Positions 58,132-64,000 of a stretch of 64,000 nucleotides of DNA are shown in pieces (position 1 is the stretch's first letter; each line of letters starts with the position of its first letter). Position numbers and translations under genes: made by a program. Under the pieces are notes generated by a model. The model was not told the origin of the DNA. It was given only the letters and a program-made list of their open reading frames with translations, and ran no database searches. Source of the DNA: Candidatus Heimdallarchaeota archaeon (GTDB taxonomy: Archaea > Asgardarchaeota > Heimdallarchaeia > Heimdallarchaeales > Heimdallarchaeaceae); the NCBI GenBank assembly GCA_018238545.1, contig JABCTC010000004.1, positions 32,001 through 96,000 of the forward strand, in the 5' to 3' direction.

Positions 58132-58935
58132 TTATTCCTTTTTAGAGAGATAATCAATAAGAGGTTTCAAATCGTCCCAAACAATTGTAGGTAGAACATT
58201 TGACTGTTTTAGTTCTGTTTTTGATGTATCACCAGTTAATACTAAAGAACTCTTTACTCCGGCGTCATACGCCATCTTAATATCTGTTTCTAACCTATCT
58301 CCCACAACTAGAACCTCATTTTTTTGAACATTTTTACCAGATAAACTTAATTCCAGAATCATTTTGTTTGGTTTACCAAGAATTTTGTCAGGTTTCCTGC
58401 CAGTCGCTTGCTCAAACATCCTCAAAAAAGAGCCTATATCGGGTATTCTACCTCCATCAACAGGACATGTGTCATCAGGATGCGTAGCAATAAATGGTAA
58501 AAGTTCTTCTCTTTGCAAGAACAATGCAGCTGCTTCTATTTTTTTGTATGTTAGAGTTCTATCAAATCCTAAAATAACTGCTTGTGGAGTGATATCATTA
58601 TAGGATATACCTTTTTCTTCAAATTCTTTAATCATAGAAGGAGTACCAACGATATAACACTGAGTTATATTTTCTTTAATCAAAAAATTTACTGTTGTTT
58701 GAATTGATGTATAAATGTTATGCAAAGATAATTTTACATCTAATACCTCCTCCAATCTTTCCTTGTTCTCTAATGTTGAGTAGGAAGAATTATTGGATAA
58801 AATGACAAAATCTGTTTGCATTCTTTGTAACTTCTTGATAATTTCGGTTGCATATGGTAATGGATTACCTCCCAAAATTAACGTTCCATCTACATCAAAA
58901 ATGAAGTATTTAATTCCATCCAGTATATTACCCAA
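58132..58935 (-). CDS. HAD-IIA (NagD-like) phosphatase
   Basis: FDVDGTL, LSNNS, GKP, VGDRLETDI, LVLTG. Confidence 0.92.
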   Translation of the reverse strand: MGNILDGIKYFIFDVDGTLILGGNPLPYATEIIKKLQRMQTDFVILSNNSSYSTLENKERLEEVLDVKLSLHNIYTSIQTTVNFLIKENITQCYIVGTPSMIKEFEEKGISYNDITPQAVILGFDRTLTYKKIEAAALFLQREELLPFIATHPDDTCPVDGGRIPDIGSFLRMFEQATGRKPDKILGKPNKMILELSLSGKNVQKNEVLVVGDRLETDIKMAYDAGVKSSLVLTGDTSKTELKQSNVLPTIVWDDLKPLIDYLSKKE

Positions 58936-58953
58936 ATTGGTTCCCCTTTCTGA

Positions 58954-60432
58954 TTAGCTTGGAGGTTCAGGAATTTGTTCAGCATCTGGAAATTCTTGGA
59001 TCTCAGATTCAACTTCAGATTCAGCTTCAGGTTCCTTTTGAACTTCTACAGTCTTTTCTTTAGCTGGTTTTACTTTCTTATCTTTTGAGAAAAGATTCTT
59101 AAAGAATTTTACAACTTCTAAAGATGCTTTAACTATTGCATTCCAAATTTTCTTTAACACTGGCAAAATTTTGGCCCAAAGACGTTTGAACCAAATACCT
59201 GTTCTCTCAAGAATTTCTGCTATTTTTAACGTTTTAAATCTGTCACCTAAATCCCGGAAAAATGGAGTGGTCTCAATTTCTTCTATTTTTGTAAGGAGAA
59301 TTTCTATATGCTCATTTGTGAGATCAACACCTAAAGGCATTTTTAACTTCTTAAGTGGACTTAATTCAAAAACTGGAAGGTTGCCTTCAAGAGCAATTAA
59401 TTTGAATGCTCCTTTCTTCTTGATTTTAAGTATTGAAATAGCCTCATAAATTTCTTCACCATCAGATTGTGCTATCTCCTTAATACCGTTGATTCTTTCA
59501 ATTTGAGAACCTAATAAGATAGTCTTACTTGTAAGATTAGTTCGAATCTCCATTAGACCAATTTTATTTGCTTCGAATTGTTGTTGCAAGGTCTTGAATT
59601 TGTTAGAAAATTCTTTTGATATACCTTTTCTAGGTAAATGAACTTTTAGACTATTGATTTGTTCAAGTTTCTCAGCAGCTGTGCTAATGAATTGATCACC
59701 TTTTAGTATAAGTTCACTGGATTGATTAATCTCAATTTCATTAACAATTACATTCCCCTCTTCAATCAGTTTTTCTGCTTCTTCAGATAATAATTGCATT
59801 CTGCATGTTCTAAGTATTAAATCATACTCAACCAATTCATCTTCTACTTCAGCGATTTTATCTCTAAGATAACCATAAAATTCTGTTACATCAAATGATC
59901 CTGAAGTAAGTTTAGCATATTCATCTTTTAATGCCTCTAATTTTCCAATAATATCAGAGATTGTGTTACCATAGATTTGACTTTTTTCTAAAACTTCATC
60001 AAATGAAAGGTCTTTTAGAAAAGAAAGTTTACGTTTGATTTCATCCTTTAATCGAGGAAGCATTTCTTCTATGTGTTTTTTCCTCTTTAACATAAGGATG
60101 GTATCTAACCTTTGAGAATCTTTTTGTAAACGGGTTTGGGCCTCTGCAAGTTTTCTGTAAATATTGTACACAAATTCATTAAGTAAGTAGTCGTTAACAT
60201 ATTTGGTAACCAGTTTATCTGCTTCTTTTTCCAAAGGGTTAACAGAAGCCAGTTGATTGTTAATATTGAGATATTGATTATTAATTTCTTCAAAAGTAAA
60301 TGTTGAACTATCACTATAAATTTCATCAGTTTTTTGAATGTCCAGATAGATAATTCTCAATAATTTGTCAGAGGCTATTTTAGTTTCTTTTAACTTCTTA
60401 GGTAAAGGACGTAGAGTTCCAGGTATCATCAC
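58954..60432 (-). CDS. Hypothetical coiled-coil protein
   Basis: 492 aa E/K/L-rich helical sequence; amphipathic W-rich helix and acidic tail near the C-terminus. Confidence 0.65.
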   Translation of the reverse strand: MMIPGTLRPLPKKLKETKIASDKLLRIIYLDIQKTDEIYSDSSTFTFEEINNQYLNINNQLASVNPLEKEADKLVTKYVNDYLLNEFVYNIYRKLAEAQTRLQKDSQRLDTILMLKRKKHIEEMLPRLKDEIKRKLSFLKDLSFDEVLEKSQIYGNTISDIIGKLEALKDEYAKLTSGSFDVTEFYGYLRDKIAEVEDELVEYDLILRTCRMQLLSEEAEKLIEEGNVIVNEIEINQSSELILKGDQFISTAAEKLEQINSLKVHLPRKGISKEFSNKFKTLQQQFEANKIGLMEIRTNLTSKTILLGSQIERINGIKEIAQSDGEEIYEAISILKIKKKGAFKLIALEGNLPVFELSPLKKLKMPLGVDLTNEHIEILLTKIEEIETTPFFRDLGDRFKTLKIAEILERTGIWFKRLWAKILPVLKKIWNAIVKASLEVVKFFKNLFSKDKKVKPAKEKTVEVQKEPEAESEVESEIQEFPDAEQIPEPPS

Positions 60433-60483
60433 ACTTACAAATGTCTTGTTATTGAAAAATCTTACGCAAGTGATAGCATTTTT

Positions 60484-62622
60484 CTATTCTTCTGCTTCTA
60501 CCTCAATTTCTGTTCGTGAGACATTAAAAGTAGCTTTATTTTCACGCGTATTTTTATTGTATTCAATTGTTATATATGGTGTTCTAAATTTCTTCCGAAT
60601 ATTTGTGTGTGTAATTAGAAAGATTTGCGAGAATTTATCTTCAGAAACCAAACCTTCGATTACATTAGCTCTTCTATCTTCATCTAAGGAACTCAGTGGT
60701 TCATCCAGTATCAGGATATCCATTTTGGGTGGTTGATAAGGAGAATTCTTCAAAGGTCGTAAACGCTTGAGCAATTCACTTATCCCTATTCTAAGACCTA
60801 ATCCGATAGCAGCTTTATCTCCACCAGAGAGCATGCTTTGACTCTTAACAAATCCTGTTTCCTCATCCTTAATACTCATATGCAAAGTTTTTGTTCGGGT
60901 GGGTTGAAGATATAATTCAGAATATTTACCCCTAGTAAAATTGTAAATATATGAACTTGTAGCTTGCTGAATATTTGCAAGCATTCTATTTGAAATGATA
61001 TCTTCTGCAATGAATTTTTCAACATAGTTCTGAGTTTCTTGTAATAAAGAGAGTTCATAATCTAATCTTACAATCTCTTTCTCTTTTTTCTTATTTTCTT
61101 CAATTTGTTTCTCCAGAGTATCAATATGAGAGTGCCTTTCCTTTATGAAATTTAATTGATGTTTCTTCTCTTGTTCTTTTAAGTTTAAATCGCGTCCTAA
61201 ATCTTGCACATGGTCAAATAACTCTTCAAAACTGGATAGGTTGTATTTAGTAGCTAGTTCCTCCAAACTTTTAGCTTTGAAAGCTATCAAAGAATCCTTC
61301 AGTTCTTTGGTAATCTTCTTCTTCATATCCTCCATTTCTGTTAGTTCGGATAAATCATCAGAAAGATTTTCTAGTTCTTTTTTATCTCTAAGTTTGGATC
61401 GATACTCATTCAGAAGTTGATGAATTTCTGATTCAAGATTTGTGCGAGCTTTAGTTTTCTTCTCTATTCCTTGTGCTAAAATTGGAATGTTTTTTCTAGA
61501 TAGTTCTAGCAATTCTTTTAGTTTCGTTTCATCTATCTCCTGGTCACAAACTTCACATCTAGCTTTTTCACCTTTTTCGATAGATATTCCCCCTAAGCTT
61601 TTCTTTCGATTTGTGAATGTTTCAAAATCGCGCTCTAAACCTGCATTTTCTTTGATAATCTTTTCAACAGCTGTGCGTAGTTCTTCCTGCTTTTTCTGTA
61701 AATCAGACATATCTTTATCGAATTCTTTTGTCTTTGATTCAAGTTCCTTATCTGAGAATGGGTAACTAAGACCATTCTTTCCGGCTAAATCTTGAAGCTT
61801 CCGAGTTTTTCGATCTATGTTAATACTCTGTGTATCGATTCTTTGAGTTAAACCGTTCAAATCTTGCAAATCTTTTACAGCTGGGAATTTACTCGAAGAA
61901 ATTTTAACAGTATTAATCTCCCCTTCTAATTTCTTTATATCCTTCTTAACTCCCACTATTCTATCTTTTGTTTCTGTTTTTTCAAAATCAATGTTTACTG
62001 TTGTTCTATCTATAGCATTTCTATCTTTTTCATTTTCGAGTAATAATTTCTTTCCTTTGACAATCTCAATTGCTTTGTCTCTATAGTCTTCTAATTGGAA
62101 AAGCTCATAGATAGTGTCGCGTAATTCAGCACCTTTAGCTTCTGCAAGTGCTTGAACTAAACCTTGCCTAACAATTATAGTATTCAGAGTTTTATCTCTA
62201 GTTGTATTGAATAATCTGTTTATTTTAGCTTCGACATCAGGCACACCTTCACTAATTTTTTTGAGAATCTTGATATTACCTTCCAAAGCGGCTTTTTTTT
62301 CTATTTCCATTAAATAAGCTTGTACTGAAGTTTTTCTACTATGTTTTCTCTGAATAAGATAGTACTTGTTATCAACCTCAAAAGCTACGAAAACCTCTGT
62401 TTCTGACTTCCCTCTCTTTATCAGATCTTCCTTTGTTCCAAGTTCTTTTGCAGAAGTTGGGTCGTAAAAGAAAGCATAAAATATCGCATCAAAAAGACTT
62501 GATTTACCAACAGAATTTCCTCCTTCAACAAATATTAAACCATCAGGAAAAGATCCTTCAGATGGGAGTTGAATCTCACTGAAGCATTTGAAATTCTTTG
62601 CACTAATCCATAGTATCTTCAA
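60484..62622 (-). CDS. rad50: Rad50/SbcC-like SMC ATPase
   Basis: NFKCF, GGNSVGKSS, Q-loop VRQG, central CEVC hook, LSGG, ILDEP, ITH. Confidence 0.85.
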   Translation of the reverse strand: MKILWISAKNFKCFSEIQLPSEGSFPDGLIFVEGGNSVGKSSLFDAIFYAFFYDPTSAKELGTKEDLIKRGKSETEVFVAFEVDNKYYLIQRKHSRKTSVQAYLMEIEKKAALEGNIKILKKISEGVPDVEAKINRLFNTTRDKTLNTIIVRQGLVQALAEAKGAELRDTIYELFQLEDYRDKAIEIVKGKKLLLENEKDRNAIDRTTVNIDFEKTETKDRIVGVKKDIKKLEGEINTVKISSSKFPAVKDLQDLNGLTQRIDTQSINIDRKTRKLQDLAGKNGLSYPFSDKELESKTKEFDKDMSDLQKKQEELRTAVEKIIKENAGLERDFETFTNRKKSLGGISIEKGEKARCEVCDQEIDETKLKELLELSRKNIPILAQGIEKKTKARTNLESEIHQLLNEYRSKLRDKKELENLSDDLSELTEMEDMKKKITKELKDSLIAFKAKSLEELATKYNLSSFEELFDHVQDLGRDLNLKEQEKKHQLNFIKERHSHIDTLEKQIEENKKKEKEIVRLDYELSLLQETQNYVEKFIAEDIISNRMLANIQQATSSYIYNFTRGKYSELYLQPTRTKTLHMSIKDEETGFVKSQSMLSGGDKAAIGLGLRIGISELLKRLRPLKNSPYQPPKMDILILDEPLSSLDEDRRANVIEGLVSEDKFSQIFLITHTNIRKKFRTPYITIEYNKNTRENKATFNVSRTEIEVEAEE

Positions 62623-62624
62623 AT

Positions 62625-63902
62625 TTATTCCTCCTTTCCTTCTGCTACTAATTGAGAAGTAGAGTTGAAGACTTCATCAACGATTACAGCGCCCATCTCA
62701 ATCATCTGATTAATATGTTTCTCATCTTCAATTCCTAGAGAACGAATGTATTTCTCGAAATCTTTCACCGGATCGTCTATGAGATATTCATAAATTTTTG
62801 CGCCTTTTTGTTGACTTATAGGTGCTCTTTTCACTAATTCTCCGTCATCCCACCTGAATTCTAGAATGTTGTAAGTATCATCGAACACTTCTTTCTGAAT
62901 ATCGACAAGATTGTCTTCCATAGCCCACCAATTAGAAAGAATGATAGTTCCTTCAAGCTTTACTTTAACTCGTGAAGCAGTTTCTCCAACGAATTTCTTT
63001 TTGAATTTAACCAGTTTTTCTCTAACTACATTTTCAAAAGCTGAAGGTGTTGTATCTGATTTTAGGCTTATTTTAAATTGTATCATTTTTCTTTTAGATT
63101 TAATAGGAATGGGAAGAGCAATAGGATCTTTACCTTTAACTACCTGGACTTCTAACACACTTTTTTCATGGTCTCTTTCTGCAAAAGTGTGTTTTTCTGT
63201 ACTCCCAGCTTGCCATGCATTTTTCTTTACTTTTCTTTGTTTGTGATCATGACCCAGAGCTACGTAATCGTAAGGATACTGAAGAATTAGTTCGTGTAAG
63301 TCCATACCTCTTTGCATTCCATGAACTACTGCAACAGAAAGTTTGTTAGAATCAGGTTGTTGGTTATTTCTCACCCACTCTTCATAAGCTTGAGCCAAGT
63401 GAGGAAGACGACCAAATTTGAAATATGGGAACAAGTAGAAGTTGATATTCTTAAATTCAATAATCAAAGGTTTGTTATCAACCATGGCCTTCTTAAGTTG
63501 ATAATTCGTGCAGATGAAAACGTTATTTGGGAATGCTGCTTGAATAAATTCAATGGTACTATAATTACGAGTAAGATAAGAGCCATGATTCCCATCAATG
63601 ATAATGACTGGAACTCTGTTAGCTGTTTTTTCAAAGAATTTTTTAAGTTCTCTTATTACAAAAGTTCTAGAATACTCAGTAGGTCCTAATAGATTCCTTC
63701 CTACAGGAGTATCGAATAGATCACCAGAATGAACAACATACTCACATTTAGTTTCCGCTGCAATTTCTAGAGCTTTCTGGAAACCATTACAATAGTCCTC
63801 CTCTATCCATGTAACCCTATTCTGAATTTTCCATGCATCTTTTACATCACGAAATCTTCTATGAGATACATGAGTGTCTGAAAAATGTAAAATTTTGACC
63901 AT
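62625..63902 (-). CDS. mre11: Mre11/SbcD-like nuclease
   Basis: HFSDTH, SGDLFD, GNH, VHG, YVALGHDH, GSTE; directly upstream of rad50. Confidence 0.85.
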   Translation of the reverse strand: MVKILHFSDTHVSHRRFRDVKDAWKIQNRVTWIEEDYCNGFQKALEIAAETKCEYVVHSGDLFDTPVGRNLLGPTEYSRTFVIRELKKFFEKTANRVPVIIIDGNHGSYLTRNYSTIEFIQAAFPNNVFICTNYQLKKAMVDNKPLIIEFKNINFYLFPYFKFGRLPHLAQAYEEWVRNNQQPDSNKLSVAVVHGMQRGMDLHELILQYPYDYVALGHDHKQRKVKKNAWQAGSTEKHTFAERDHEKSVLEVQVVKGKDPIALPIPIKSKRKMIQFKISLKSDTTPSAFENVVREKLVKFKKKFVGETASRVKVKLEGTIILSNWWAMEDNLVDIQKEVFDDTYNILEFRWDDGELVKRAPISQQKGAKIYEYLIDDPVKDFEKYIRSLGIEDEKHINQMIEMGAVIVDEVFNSTSQLVAEGKEE

Positions 63903-63913
63903 TTTTTCACCAT

Positions 63914-64000
63914 TTAGAGTATAGGTACTTCAGCTGTTTTTCTCTTTGTTTTTTCGACTTTTAATACTTTGTGGGGGTCTTTAAAGAATGGAAGCTGACT
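63914..64000 (-). CDS. C-terminal end of an upstream gene (partial)
   Basis: Open frame SQLPFFKDPHKVLKVEKTKRKTAEVPIL* ends 12 nt before the mre11 start; too short to identify. Confidence 0.45.
   Translation of the reverse strand, partial: SQLPFFKDPHKVLKVEKTKRKTAEVPIL

Noticed and set aside
1-64000. CRISPR arrays, tRNA/rRNA, transposases, integrases, integron attC arrays
   Set aside because: No regularly spaced repeats, GC-rich structural RNA blocks or recombinase motifs were recognised by eye. A covariance-model search would be needed to exclude small RNAs.

Overview
AT-rich, gene-dense window that looks archaeal, most likely Asgard/Heimdallarchaeia-like. This is inferred from an F420-dependent mtd, an mre11-rad50 pair, AGGTGA Shine-Dalgarno motifs and many secreted proteins with C-terminal TM + basic-tail anchors. 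The main signal is absent from the ORF track because it runs off the left edge. It is an open minus-strand frame from 5615 to <1 (>1870 codons) encoding a type I FAS/PKS-like megasynthase: two FabK/NPD-like TIM barrels, a complete KS (C-H-H), a malonyl-type AT (GHSLGE, TAFH), and a second divergent KS (NAACAST). It lies directly downstream of an acyl-CoA carboxyltransferase gene, with a divergent biotin ligase next to that, which suggests a malonyl-CoA-fed acyl-chain synthesis locus in an archaeon. Other oddities: an A9 -1 frameshift hiding a third zinc ribbon, and a subtilase island flanked by a duplicated gene 3' end. There are also two circularly permuted family-5 solute-binding proteins, a tandem double UvrA, GOLD/p24-like paralogs bracketed by an exact 35-bp repeat, and three paralogous NTP transferases. 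No rRNA, tRNA, CRISPR array, transposase or integrase was recognised. All calls come from motif reading by eye; no searches were run.
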